DNA of 61,787 bases, from positions 1 through 61,787 of the IMG/VR virus record IMGVR_UViG_3300042305_001048. One strand, written 5' to 3'. The notes beneath the pieces are model-generated. The model was not told the origin of the DNA. It saw nothing but the letters and a program-made list of their open reading frames with translations, and searched no databases. Shown here in pieces: positions 9,328 through 19,168 of this stretch (position 1 is the first letter of the stretch; the number at the start of each line of letters is the position of its first letter). The stretch is from a virus (Duplodnaviria > Caudoviricetes). A program made the translations under genes and the position numbers.

Positions 9328-12300
9328 ATGGCTCGCTCCCCGCTGTTCGACATCTACGACCCATACGGCTCGCTCCAAGAGCAGGCCGAGATGGGGATGT
9401 TGCCGTTGGAGGAGGATGAGTACGGCAACCCCGTTCGGCGGAGGCCGCAGCTTGCCGACCTCATGCCGCCGGAAGAGCAGAGCGATCTGCTTAACCGCCT
9501 GTCAGCGGCCGGATCGTCGGGGCTTGCTGGCCTTGGCTGGATTCTAGATACGCCCGGTGCCGTTGTCCGCGGCACGCTGTCGGGCGGCCCGCTCAAGGGG
9601 TTGTCCGCCCTGTGGGATACGACCGACGAGCGGGTTGACGGCCGTGAGCTGCTGCGCCAGTACGGCATGGTGGGTGACGATGATACGTGGGGCAACTTCG
9701 CCGGCGGCCTCGGGGCCGAGGTTCTCCTAGACCCTCTCACCTACATGTCGTTCGGCCTCAACCAGTTCTTGGGCAAGGGTGCCAAGACTGCTGCCGGTCG
9801 CGCCGCGGGGCGGGCCGGGCTTCTCCAAGACTTTGATGTCTACGCCAAGAACACGCTGAAGACCGGCGAGAGGCAGGCGTTGCGCGAGCAGACGCCAGCC
9901 AAGCTGCTTGCTGCTATTGCTGACCCGGAGGCTCGCAAGGCTGCGGCGCGCGAGTTCGCTCTTTCGGCCGGCGACCAAGCGGATGCGCTCATGAACCAGC
10001 CGCTCGCGAAGATGAATCGCGTTGGCTTGCCGTTCATGCAGGACGGTGCGTTTGATCTGTTCGGCGAGACGGTCGGCGACTGGGCGGCCAAGACTGCGGA
10101 CAAGCTTGGCGAGGGATTGATGACCAACCCGTACACGGGCCTCGCCGCCCGGGGCGTGCAACGAGCGTTCGATCCAAATGTTCTTGGCATGCTGGACAGG
10201 CAGCAGCAGTGGGACGCCAAGACCATCATGGCCGCTCGGCGGGCGAGAGAGTCGACCGACAGGCTGAAGCTGTCCGAGGTGCAGTACGACGCACTGAAAG
10301 ACCTGCGCTCCAAAGGCTCCACGCTCAACGACGATGAGCTGTCGCAGGCGCTGCGGTATACGATGGAGTCGCCGGACTTCGACATTCACCCTGACCTGCA
10401 GCCGCACGCAGACCTGCCTGGGGTGCGCGGACTTTTGAGCTACGCGCGGAACTACCGCGACCAAGCAATTGCCCAAGCGCAGAAGCTGGGCCTTCCGCTA
10501 GAGGAGTTCCGCTCACGCACGGGCGGCGGATGGTTCCCTCGCCAGCAGTTGGAGTTCGACACTCCTCAGATTCCGCAGTGGCCCGAGGGCGTCACGCCGC
10601 CGGAATACATCAAGAAGCAGTACGCCCGCGGCGTCCGGCCCGTGACGTTTGATGACAACCTGTCTCGCGGCAGGGATGCAGCGTTCGACGTATTCGGCCA
10701 GTCGGAAACGCTGAACCGGATGTCGACCGACCCCGATCTGCTGGACGCCCTTAGAGGTGCCGACAATCCCAAGGCTCGCGAGCTGCTGGAGGAGTGGTGG
10801 CAGAACAACGCCGACCTCCACTCCAGGGAGATGAGCGGCGACTACTTTGTGGGCGACGGCCGAGTCTTGCGCACCGAGGGCGATGGCCCCGGCGGAGACA
10901 TGTACGGCTGGATGGACATGCTCAAGGACGACGGGACGCCGATGTACAAGGCTCCCGAGCTTGGAGATGCCCATCCGCTCCGGCGTCAGATTGCCGATGT
11001 CGAAAAGCAGATATACACCCTAGAGAACGCCAGCGCCGACCCCACGCAGATGGCGTCTCTGAAGAAGCAGTTGAAGGGCCTGCGGTCGCAAGTCTCCGGT
11101 GCCGAGACGGAGGCGTGGAGAGATCAGCTTTACACCAAGCTGGCCGACACCATGCGGGCTGTCGACCCGCAGCATGTAGAGACTGGCCTGCCGCTCTTTG
11201 GGCAGAACTCTTTCAATGAGCTGTCGCGGTACGTGTTGGGGAGGGGCCGAGCGGAAGCCAATGCCCAAGGCATGCTGGACATCTTGGCCCGCGAAGTAGA
11301 CCGCACGCCGGCCGATGCCGTGGCTGGCGGCGTCAACTACACGGCCGCCGATGCACTTACGAAACTGGGCCTGACCGGAGAGACTGCGCCGGACGTTCTT
11401 GCCAAAGCGCTGGGCGTAGAAGACCTGTCGCAGGTGTCGTTCAACAAGAAGTTCATCGATGACTGGACGAAGGCCGTTGGGCGCGGGCAGACGCCGCCCG
11501 AGATCAGCGGCCTTGCCCAAGGCTACGACAACTTCACCAAGCGGTTTAAGGCGCTGGCACTTCTCTGGCCCGCCCGCTACACGCGCGATGCCTACTCAGG
11601 AATGTTCGCCGGTGCGATGAAGGGCGCAAGCCCGCTGAACTGGTGGACGGGGACGCAGGTCGGGAGGGGTGATTACTCCGAGCTTCTGCGGAAGCTCAAG
11701 GACATCCCGCGTTACCGGGGCATGTCGGACGACGAGATGCTCCGAGACTTCCTGACCAAGGCGGGGTCGACCGGGCTTGGCGTCACCACGGCAAACGACG
11801 AGCTTCTGGCCGGGGCCGGCAAGGCAAACCTGCGCGGACTCTATCCTGGTGCGGTGGCCCAGGACACAGAGAGTCTCGCCAGCCGAGCGAGCCAGGCGAG
11901 CTGGAAGGACTGGCTCAATGTCTTCTCGCTGCCCACGGCTTCCGGCAATCGTAACCCCTTGCTTGAGGCCGGCGACCGCGCCTCGCAGTTCACCGATTCA
12001 GGCAACCGATACGGCACATACCTGTCGCTCATGCAGAACGGGTACTCGCCCGCAGAAGCTGCGCGAGTCACCAACCTCACTCAGGTGGACTACCGCCCCG
12101 AGGCGTTCACTGACTTTGAGCGGGACGTTCTCAAGCGCATCTTCCCGTTCTACTCCTATACCAAGGGCATCACGCCGCTCATCGCCGACGAGGTGGTCAA
12201 CAAGCCGGCCGGTCTGATGGGCATGTCCATGCGTGCCATCAACCGCGGCGCGCAGCCCAGCGAAAACAACTTCACCCCAGAGTATCTGAGGCAGTCGGCC

Positions 12301-12999
12301 AGCGTGCCTGTCCCGTCTGGCATTCCAGGCGTGAGTCTCCCAGAGGGCAGCAACCTCAAGCGATACCTGACCAACATCGACCTGCCGTTTGAGAGCGCCA
12401 TTAACCTGCTGACCCCGGGCACTGGCAACTCGCTGCTTCAGAAGCTGGCAAGCGGCGCACGGAAGACGGCACTCAACGTCCTCGGGCAGACGAACCCGCT
12501 GATCAAAGGCCCGCTTGAGTCTGCAACCAACCGTCAGTTCTACTCGGGACGCCAGCTCTCGGACCTGTACTCGCTCTTGGAGCAGACCGCAGGCGAGCCA
12601 GGCCGATGGCTAGAGCAGATCGCGGTCAACGCCCCTGGCGGCTCTCGCGTCATCGGCACGCTGCGGCAGGCGCTGGACGACAGACTTTCCCCACAGGAAA
12701 AGCTGTCCAAGTTCCTCGTCAATTCGCTGACGGGCTTGAAGTTCCAGGACGTTGACCAAGAGCGGACCAAGAGGCTGGCCGCTCGGGAGATGCTCAACGA
12801 GCTGCTGCAGGCCACGCCCGGCGTCCGAACCTACGAGAACATCACCGTGCCGGATGACGTTCTGCAGACCATGCCAGAAGAGCAGAGGCGGCAGTATCTG
12901 CTCTACAAGATCGTCCAGGCGCAGGCAGCGAAGCGCGCCCGTGACCAGAAGAAGCAGGACGCGCTGGACCCGCTGCAGATTCTCGGCGTCACCCGATAG
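9328..12999 (+). CDS. Large DNA-ejection protein with polyvalent-protein-like (LPD38-like) C-terminus
   Basis: 1223 aa; motif QVDY...FTDFERDVLKRIFPFYSY; last gene of the virion operon. Confidence 0.65.
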   Translation: MARSPLFDIYDPYGSLQEQAEMGMLPLEEDEYGNPVRRRPQLADLMPPEEQSDLLNRLSAAGSSGLAGLGWILDTPGAVVRGTLSGGPLKGLSALWDTTDERVDGRELLRQYGMVGDDDTWGNFAGGLGAEVLLDPLTYMSFGLNQFLGKGAKTAAGRAAGRAGLLQDFDVYAKNTLKTGERQALREQTPAKLLAAIADPEARKAAAREFALSAGDQADALMNQPLAKMNRVGLPFMQDGAFDLFGETVGDWAAKTADKLGEGLMTNPYTGLAARGVQRAFDPNVLGMLDRQQQWDAKTIMAARRARESTDRLKLSEVQYDALKDLRSKGSTLNDDELSQALRYTMESPDFDIHPDLQPHADLPGVRGLLSYARNYRDQAIAQAQKLGLPLEEFRSRTGGGWFPRQQLEFDTPQIPQWPEGVTPPEYIKKQYARGVRPVTFDDNLSRGRDAAFDVFGQSETLNRMSTDPDLLDALRGADNPKARELLEEWWQNNADLHSREMSGDYFVGDGRVLRTEGDGPGGDMYGWMDMLKDDGTPMYKAPELGDAHPLRRQIADVEKQIYTLENASADPTQMASLKKQLKGLRSQVSGAETEAWRDQLYTKLADTMRAVDPQHVETGLPLFGQNSFNELSRYVLGRGRAEANAQGMLDILAREVDRTPADAVAGGVNYTAADALTKLGLTGETAPDVLAKALGVEDLSQVSFNKKFIDDWTKAVGRGQTPPEISGLAQGYDNFTKRFKALALLWPARYTRDAYSGMFAGAMKGASPLNWWTGTQVGRGDYSELLRKLKDIPRYRGMSDDEMLRDFLTKAGSTGLGVTTANDELLAGAGKANLRGLYPGAVAQDTESLASRASQASWKDWLNVFSLPTASGNRNPLLEAGDRASQFTDSGNRYGTYLSLMQNGYSPAEAARVTNLTQVDYRPEAFTDFERDVLKRIFPFYSYTKGITPLIADEVVNKPAGLMGMSMRAINRGAQPSENNFTPEYLRQSASVPVPSGIPGVSLPEGSNLKRYLTNIDLPFESAINLLTPGTGNSLLQKLASGARKTALNVLGQTNPLIKGPLESATNRQFYSGRQLSDLYSLLEQTAGEPGRWLEQIAVNAPGGSRVIGTLRQALDDRLSPQEKLSKFLVNSLTGLKFQDVDQERTKRLAAREMLNELLQATPGVRTYENITVPDDVLQTMPEEQRRQYLLYKIVQAQAAKRARDQKKQDALDPLQILGVTR

Positions 13000-13792
13000 A
13001 CGGGACGGCTCGCTTTTGCAGGGCCAGAAGCACCGGGTCTAGGTAGTGGCGCTTCATGCCGGGCGTCCTGTGACCAAGGTGTCCACTGGCGTCTATGCCC
13101 GCCATTTCCGCGTAAGTGGCACTGGATCGACGCAAGTACTTGCCACTGCCGGCTAGGCCCGCGCGCTTGATCAAGCGGCGCAGTGCGACTATCATCCGTG
13201 ACCTTCCCGCGAGCGAGCCGAAAATCTTCGGCCCCCGGCGGGGGAGCGAGCCGATGCCCTGCATGGCTGGTACGTCAAGGACGACGACATGAAGCTGCCC
13301 CGTCTTACGCATTGTGATCGCCAGGGTGTTGCCCCTGAGCTGGTCCCAGCGGACATCCAGCATGTCGCCAAGGCGCAGCCCGCTGCTGTACCCGAAGAGA
13401 ATCCACGCGGGCAGCAGCAGCGTGTATTGGCAGCGCGCCGTACCCCCCGGCATCTCCGCGGCTACCGCAAGAAGATGTCGGATTTCCCCATGGTCCCAAG
13501 CACGGACCACCGGCAAGGTGTGCTTGACTCTGCGAATGGGGCGTGTACACTCGTTCACCAACCCGTCGCGGAGGGCTGCTTTCCTCAGTGTGGACAGCAT
13601 GCGGCGGTGGTTGTGGACGGTGGAGGGAGCCAGATGCTTCAGTGCATCGGTCAAGTAGGCGTCGATCTTGTCGACGGTCAGGTCGGTCGCCTGCCAGTGC
13701 AGACGGCGGCACAGGACCAGCAGTTGTTCCCGGTATCCGGGGCTGGCTCCGACCGTGGTCGCGTACTGGCTGGCGAAGTCAAGGAGGTTCAT
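12989..13792 (-). CDS. int: Tyrosine recombinase / integrase
   Basis: SGLRLGD (catalytic R), KYLRRS (HxxR position), HLGH, KRHY (catalytic Tyr). Confidence 0.85.
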   Translation of the reverse strand: MNLLDFASQYATTVGASPGYREQLLVLCRRLHWQATDLTVDKIDAYLTDALKHLAPSTVHNHRRMLSTLRKAALRDGLVNECTRPIRRVKHTLPVVRAWDHGEIRHLLAVAAEMPGGTARCQYTLLLPAWILFGYSSGLRLGDMLDVRWDQLRGNTLAITMRKTGQLHVVVLDVPAMQGIGSLPRRGPKIFGSLAGRSRMIVALRRLIKRAGLAGSGKYLRRSSATYAEMAGIDASGHLGHRTPGMKRHYLDPVLLALQKRAVPSIG

Positions 13793-13888
13793 GGCGGAAT
13801 GCTACGGGGGGCCACCGATGGGGGGATATTTTTTCCTACAACTACTTTCCTTCAACCCCCCCGCGCATCCGCTACAATCGCCCCCATG

Positions 13889-13911
13889 GCACCCCTAGCT
13901 CAATTGGATAG
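13889..13911 (+). other. 5' fragment of a tRNA-Arg-like gene; candidate attP core
   Basis: GCACCCC-TA-GCTC-AATTGGATAG matches a tRNA acceptor 5' strand and D arm; TACAAT -10 box at 13873-13878; about 100 bp from the integrase start; no T arm. Confidence 0.65.
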
Positions 13912-14118
13912 GAGCCGTCTGGCTCCCGCGATTTCCGCCATCTGGCGGCACCTGCGCCCCCTGCTCTGCAGGGCGTGTCGCATCGCGATCTTGGCCTGCG
14001 TTTACCTGTACGCGGCCGGTGCATTTTTCACGTTCCTTTGCCTTGGACAGTTGGCACGGGCGCGTTCTCAGTTCAGGAGTGACGTTGCCCAAGGACGGGC
14101 ATGGAGGGATCGGATCGC

Positions 14119-14142
14119 GCCCCACGGACGGGGCTTCTTTTT
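14119..14142 (+). terminator. Small intrinsic terminator-like hairpin
   Basis: GCCCC-acggac-GGGGC followed by TTCTTTTT. Confidence 0.45.
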
Positions 14143-14162
14143 CATCAAGGGGGACTGAACGT

Positions 14163-15011
14163 ATGGACACGTATCCGAAGAAGATCGTCGGCATGCCGGC
14201 GGCTGCGTATTTCGCAATGCCCGAGCGGAGCCGCTCGTACCTGTGTGCTGTGCTGAAGGGCGGCGGGGCGGCGCAGAAGTGGCTGGACGACGACCACAAG
14301 CTGTTCACCGGCAACAGCGCCACCACGCTCGGCAGCAACTTCGACGCGCTGGTGATGGGGGTCTGCGATGGCCGCTCGTACTCCGACATCGTCCAGGTGC
14401 CACCGGCCGCAGTGCTTGCCTCTAACGGCTCTCGGAGGGGCAAGCCGTACGAGGAGTGGAAGGCCAGCCTGCCGGCCAACGTCATCGACGCCAACGCCGA
14501 GGACGCCTGGAAGCTGGGGCAGATGCTGTCGCACCTGCTGGACAACCCCGCGGCCAAGCGGCTGGTGGAGGAGACAACCGAGACGCAGGTGTCGGTGTTC
14601 TTCATGTGCAACGGCCACGCCTGCAAGGTCCGGCCGGACGGCTGCACCCCCGGCTACTGGTGGGACTTGAAGTCCACCTCGGCCACCTGGGACCGGCTCT
14701 ATCGCAGCGTCTTCGATTACGGGTACGCCGAGCAGGAGTGGCTGTACGTGCAGGCAGCGATGGCTCTTGGCATGGACGAACACCGCATGCCGTTCTGCTT
14801 CGTTCAGACCATGCCGCCGTTCGCCTGCCATGTGTTCTACCTGCCGCAGGAACTGGTCAAGGAGGCGGGGCTGCGGATGCTCCGCGTGTTGGAGGAGGTG
14901 CGACTGCGTCAGGAGACGGGGGTGTACGAGGCGGCCGATGCCGGCGAGATCACCGAGCTTGTCATCCCGAAGTGGGCGCTCAAGCAGGAGGAGGAGGTGG
15001 TGATCGTATGA
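14163..15011 (+). CDS. PD-(D/E)XK exonuclease, RecE/ExoVIII-like (DUF3799)
   Basis: ETQVSV...CKVRPD...WDLKST...YGYAEQ..Y motifs; AAGGGGG RBS before ATG 14163. Confidence 0.8.
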   Translation: MDTYPKKIVGMPAAAYFAMPERSRSYLCAVLKGGGAAQKWLDDDHKLFTGNSATTLGSNFDALVMGVCDGRSYSDIVQVPPAAVLASNGSRRGKPYEEWKASLPANVIDANAEDAWKLGQMLSHLLDNPAAKRLVEETTETQVSVFFMCNGHACKVRPDGCTPGYWWDLKSTSATWDRLYRSVFDYGYAEQEWLYVQAAMALGMDEHRMPFCFVQTMPPFACHVFYLPQELVKEAGLRMLRVLEEVRLRQETGVYEAADAGEITELVIPKWALKQEEEVVIV

Positions 15012-15658
15012 ACGAGAACAACAGCATCTTGGGTCCAAGCTCATCGCCGTCGACCGGGCAGCTCACCGCTGCGTTGGCTGCGGCCCAGGCAGAGTACGAG
15101 AAGGTGGCGCTGGATGCGGCGAACCCGCACTTCAAAAGCCGGTTCTCTAGCTACGCCACGTGCTGCGATTCGCTGCGTGGACCGCTGACCAAGCATGGCC
15201 TGTCGCTGCCGGACTTCCGGCCGGGCCTGCTGGCGAACGGTCAGTGGGTGATGGTCGGGACTCTCCGCCACAAGAGCGGCGAGTTCATCACGGGCATCGC
15301 TCCGCTGCTGATGGTCAAGAACGACATGCAGTCATTCGGCTCGGCCTGCACGTACGCCAAGCGGACGCTCCTCATGGCGCTGTGCGGCGGGTTCTCCGGT
15401 GAGCCGGACGATGACGGCGAGGACAACCGCGTGGCTGAGAGGCCCAAGGCATCGCAGCCGCCTGCGGCCAAGGACATTGAGCGTGAGCAGGAATGGAAGA
15501 CACGCCTCGCTGATGCAGAGACGGAGGCTGACGCGAGGAAGGTGATGGCCGAGGTGGAGTTGCGTCTTCGCGAGAAGGCGATCCAGCGGCCGGTGTTCGA
15601 TAGGTGCAAGGCGGAGTACGTCCGCCTGTGGAAGAAGGAGGAGGTGGTCCATGGCTAG
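15008..15658 (+). CDS. erf: ERF-family single-strand annealing protein
   Basis: ALAAAQ...NPHFKSRFSS...LRHKSGE...QSFGSACTYAKR...DDDG; ATGA overlap. Confidence 0.85.
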   Translation: MNENNSILGPSSSPSTGQLTAALAAAQAEYEKVALDAANPHFKSRFSSYATCCDSLRGPLTKHGLSLPDFRPGLLANGQWVMVGTLRHKSGEFITGIAPLLMVKNDMQSFGSACTYAKRTLLMALCGGFSGEPDDDGEDNRVAERPKASQPPAAKDIEREQEWKTRLADAETEADARKVMAEVELRLREKAIQRPVFDRCKAEYVRLWKKEEVVHG

Positions 15659-15992
15659 TGGATTCCAGACGTTCGTCGGCAGCGGCAATCTCACCCGGGA
15701 TGCCGAGAGCCGTCAGGTCGGTGAGGCCGAGGTGGCGAAGTACAGCATCGCCATCAACGGCCGGAAGGATCGGGTTCTGTTCCTGGACTGTGAGCAGTGG
15801 CGTCCTGGTGGCGTGCTTCCGTACCTGCTGAAGGGTACGAGCGTCATCGTCCAGGGCGAGCTTGAGCTGCAGACCTGGGAGAAGGACGGTCAGCAGCGGT
15901 CGAAGATGGTGCTGAGCGTCAACCGTTTGCAGTTGAACGGCGGTCGTCCCAAGAAGGACGAGGTCGAAGAGTTCGCAGAGTTCAGTCGGTAG
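15651..15992 (+). CDS. ssb: Single-stranded DNA-binding protein
   Basis: GNLTRDAE...KGTSVIVQGEL..TWEKDGQQRSK; acidic tail. Confidence 0.9.
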   Translation: MASGFQTFVGSGNLTRDAESRQVGEAEVAKYSIAINGRKDRVLFLDCEQWRPGGVLPYLLKGTSVIVQGELELQTWEKDGQQRSKMVLSVNRLQLNGGRPKKDEVEEFAEFSR

Positions 15993-16011
15993 TCCTCCGC
16001 AGAGCGCGCTC

Positions 16012-16054
16012 CCCCGGGGGCTGGCGTCCCCCCTCCAGCCCCCGGGGTTTCTTT
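16012..16054 (+). terminator. Intrinsic terminator after ssb
   Basis: 13-bp stem CCCCGGGGGCTGG / CCAGCCCCCGGGG followed by TTTCTTT. Confidence 0.75.
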
Positions 16055-16074
16055 AACTTCAAGGATGAACCGCG

Positions 16075-16581
16075 GTGATACTGCGCGATTACCAAGAGAA
16101 AACCGTTGCCGAGAACCTCGCCGCCATGGACCGCGGCGTGAAGGCCACGCTCAACGGCCTGTTCACCGGCGCTGGCAAGACCGTGATCTTCTGCGCCATG
16201 GCCTCGCGGATCACGGGCAGGACGCTGATCATCTGCCCGCTGCGTGAGCTGGTGTGGCAGGCCGTCGACAAGGTGCGTCAGGTCACCAGCCTAGACCCGT
16301 CCATTGAGATGGCCGACTTCACCGCCGACGAGGGCGAGTGGTGGTCGCCGCAGATTGTGGTCGCGTCCAAGCAGACGCTGCTCTCGCGCCGGCGGGGCGT
16401 GCCTCGCTACCAGAAGTTCACCGACTTCCGCTTGATCATTGTGGACGAGGCGCACATGCAGTGCAGCGAGCCGTGCGTCCAGATGTTCCATCACTTCCAA
16501 GATCACGGCGCGATGGTCGCCGGGTTCACCGCTACGCCGTTCCGCATGGACGGCAAGGCCATGATGAGGGCGGCGTCATGA
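16075..16581 (+). CDS. SF2 (DEAH/ResIII-like) helicase, N-terminal ATPase half
   Basis: LRDYQ Q-motif, TGAGKT Walker A, IIVDEAH Walker B, TATP motif III. Confidence 0.85.
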   Translation: MILRDYQEKTVAENLAAMDRGVKATLNGLFTGAGKTVIFCAMASRITGRTLIICPLRELVWQAVDKVRQVTSLDPSIEMADFTADEGEWWSPQIVVASKQTLLSRRRGVPRYQKFTDFRLIIVDEAHMQCSEPCVQMFHHFQDHGAMVAGFTATPFRMDGKAMMRAAS

Positions 16582-17609
16582 ATTTCTACGAAGAGTTCAT
16601 CGGTGGCTACGACCTGAAGTGGGCCATCGACAACGAGTACGCCGTGCCGCCGATCTGCAAACTGGCTCGCGTGGACGCCATGGATTTGACGGGCGTCAAG
16701 ACGGTCGGCGGAGACTTCGTCCAGGCTCAGCTTGCCAAGGCTCTCAACCAAGAGGCCGTGAAGCACCGCGTCTGCCTCATCACCGCCGAGGAGATGCGAG
16801 GCCCTACCGTCCTGTTTGCCGCTTCGGTCGACGGGGCCAAGGCGTACTCGCACTACCTGACGCAGAACTATGGCATCCCCGCGGTCCATGTCTACGGAAC
16901 GCAGCAGCCCGAGGAGCGGCAGGAGAACCTCGCAGCGTTCAAGTCCGGCAAGGCCAAGGTGCTTTGCAACGTGGCTGTCTGTGCCATCGGCTTCGACTTC
17001 CCGCCGACCGAGACGCTGATCATGGCCCGGCCCACCAAGAGCCGAGGCTTCGCGTTGCAGGCGTGGGGGCGAGCCGCCCGGCAGCTTCCTGGCGTGGCCG
17101 ATCACCCGAACTCCACCATCGAATCTCGCAGGGCCGCTCGCCTTGCCAGCGCCAAGTCGCACTTCCGCATCGTTGACTGCACGCCGTCCGCCCAGGAACA
17201 CACGCTCATTACCAGCGTGGACATGTTCGTCCAGATGGAGCCGGCTGTGAAGAAGGCCGTGATGCAGAAGGCTCACGGCGAGGGCGAGCTGACCACCGAG
17301 CAGATTGCGGAGCTGGCCGAGAAGGAAGCTGCCAAGCAGGCGGCGGCCAAGGCCATCGAAGAGATGCGCCGCAACACCACCGGGCGGGCCACTGGCAGGG
17401 TCAGCGGCACCGAGGTGGATGTTACATGGAAGGGCGTGCGGTGCATCGGCACCTACAAGAACCCGCTGCGTGGCAAGTTCGCCGGCCGCAAGATGAGCGA
17501 GCTGCCCGACTACTACGTGGAGTGGGGCAGCAAGACTTTGAATGGCTGGGTACGGCAGATGTTTCACAAGGAGCTTACACGGCGATGGAACATGAAGGTT
17601 CCTTTCTGA
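16578..17609 (+). CDS. SF2 helicase, C-terminal half
   Basis: VLFAAS, NVAVCAIGFDFP, ARPTKS, QAWGRAAR; C-terminal GKFAGRKMSELPDYYVEW motif; ATG 16578 overlaps the upstream TGA. Confidence 0.8.
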   Translation: MNFYEEFIGGYDLKWAIDNEYAVPPICKLARVDAMDLTGVKTVGGDFVQAQLAKALNQEAVKHRVCLITAEEMRGPTVLFAASVDGAKAYSHYLTQNYGIPAVHVYGTQQPEERQENLAAFKSGKAKVLCNVAVCAIGFDFPPTETLIMARPTKSRGFALQAWGRAARQLPGVADHPNSTIESRRAARLASAKSHFRIVDCTPSAQEHTLITSVDMFVQMEPAVKKAVMQKAHGEGELTTEQIAELAEKEAAKQAAAKAIEEMRRNTTGRATGRVSGTEVDVTWKGVRCIGTYKNPLRGKFAGRKMSELPDYYVEWGSKTLNGWVRQMFHKELTRRWNMKVPF

Positions 17610-17690
17610 CCGACGACACGGTGCAGGAGATTCTGTACCGCTTCGACGTTGACCATGCGTTTCCGACTGAGTTCATCCACGGAGGGGAAG

Positions 17691-18200
17691 ATGACAAAAA
17701 GGGCAAGGGTTCCTGGCTGTCTCGCGTATGGGCGTGGCTTGCGTCACGCCTTGGCTTTCGCCGTCACGCTGCACCGGCGGTGCATTGTGAACAAGGAGGC
17801 CCCGGCGAGAGCTGCCTCGCAGTTGGGGCTGGACACGGAGCAGACGCAGGGGGTGGCGCGCCTGCTGCGTGGCATCAAATTCCTGCCGCGGCCCGAGAGG
17901 CTGGCGGTCATAGCGATGCGTGACCCGGGCTACACCGACGAGGACATCGCCGAGATGTTCGGTCGGTGCGAGGACTGGGCCGCGCTTGTCCGCGAGAACG
18001 CCGACGCCATCCGTGCGTCAGAGCCTATCCCGATGGAGCTTGAGTTCCTGACCGAGAACGACTTTCGGGACGGCGGATACGCAGAGCGGCACAAGGCCGC
18101 CGAGCAGACGAGGACTCCAAGGCCGGGCCGTCCGGCCATCCTCCGCACGTACTCCTGGGATGGACGCAATGCCACGTTCCTTCAAGCAGGCGCTGAGTAA
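17691..18200 (+). CDS. Putative HTH DNA-binding protein
   Basis: GGAGGGG RBS; GYTDEDIAEMFGRCEDWAALVR is helix-turn-helix-like. Confidence 0.5.
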   Translation: MTKRARVPGCLAYGRGLRHALAFAVTLHRRCIVNKEAPARAASQLGLDTEQTQGVARLLRGIKFLPRPERLAVIAMRDPGYTDEDIAEMFGRCEDWAALVRENADAIRASEPIPMELEFLTENDFRDGGYAERHKAAEQTRTPRPGRPAILRTYSWDGRNATFLQAGAE

Positions 18201-18789
18201 CGGCCACAAGGCGGAGCGGGCGTGGGTCGATGACCTGCGTCTCGCCGGCCGCTCAGTTGCTCACGGCAAGAAGCTGGTCATCAGGCAGCACAACAAGATC
18301 ACCGACCACTGCGAGTCGCCAGATGCAGTGGGGCTGTTCTCCATAGAGATCAAGGAGCGATCCATTGCGTTTACCAGCCCAGAGGATTACCCGTACGAGA
18401 CGGTCTTTGTTGACGACATGCGTGGCCTTGGCCGCGAGACGCTCAAGCACCTGGCTTACGTGTATCGCAGCAAGCCTACCGGAGCGTGGGTGTGGCTCAC
18501 GCCACTGGACCGAGACGAGCGGTGGGTTGAGCAGGAGGTCTTTGATCGGGGGCGCGGCCACATTGTTCCGACGCTTGTCGCCCCCAAGGACTGCCTGCGC
18601 CCGGCCGACACACTGATCACGTTTCTTTATCCGCACGGTTACCTGGAGTGGGTCGATGCAGACACAGGGGGGTTTGTCGAAGGAGGAGGAGAAGTTGAGG
18701 AGCGAGATCGCCACGCTGAGAAAAGTGATCCGGCAGCTAGAGGCAGAGGTGCAAAGGCTCCGAGTAAAAGCGATAAGCGCATGGGGTGA
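18169..18789 (+). CDS. PD-(D/E)XK nuclease-like protein
   Basis: GHKAE...SPD...IEIKERS. Confidence 0.6.
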   Translation: MPRSFKQALSNGHKAERAWVDDLRLAGRSVAHGKKLVIRQHNKITDHCESPDAVGLFSIEIKERSIAFTSPEDYPYETVFVDDMRGLGRETLKHLAYVYRSKPTGAWVWLTPLDRDERWVEQEVFDRGRGHIVPTLVAPKDCLRPADTLITFLYPHGYLEWVDADTGGFVEGGGEVEERDRHAEKSDPAARGRGAKAPSKSDKRMG

Positions 18790-18874
18790 CGCATGATCTT
18801 TATCGACGCCATGCCGGCGGAGCTATTCGCCGGAGTGTTCCTGTCTGTTCTGTTCCTAGCCTGGAGGTATAGCC

Positions 18875-19168
18875 ATGTGGTTTAGCAGCGTCCCTCGCCC
18901 CCAGCGGTTGTACGAAAACATCCTGCGGTTCCGCACGCTGACCACCAACATCCGCGTGTGGATTGAGCGGGAGGCCGATGGCCCGCAGGAAGATCAGGAC
19001 TGGGCAATGATCAGCGAATACATCAGCCTGCACAGGCAGCTCATCGACGCGCAGTCGCACCAAGCAACGGCCGACATGTTGTCCGGCCAGTTTCCCCGGA
19101 TCGCCGCCATCGAAGTGATGAACGGCGCTTCCCATTCAGGTGTCCTTCTATACCCGAGGTGGCCGTGA
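18875..19168 (+). CDS. Hypothetical protein
   Basis: GGAGGT RBS; operon continuity. Confidence 0.6.
   Translation: MWFSSVPRPQRLYENILRFRTLTTNIRVWIEREADGPQEDQDWAMISEYISLHRQLIDAQSHQATADMLSGQFPRIAAIEVMNGASHSGVLLYPRWP

Noticed and set aside
13289-13885. 5' part of the 289-aa plus-strand ORF
   Set aside because: Antisense shadow of the integrase in GC-rich DNA
13889-13965. Complete tRNA gene
   Set aside because: No closed anticodon stem, no TTCRA T loop and no 3' acceptor strand
17426-17923. Alternative-frame 165-aa ORF
   Set aside because: It overlaps the helicase and the RBS-supported 17691 gene; a short product from ATG 17585 cannot be fully excluded
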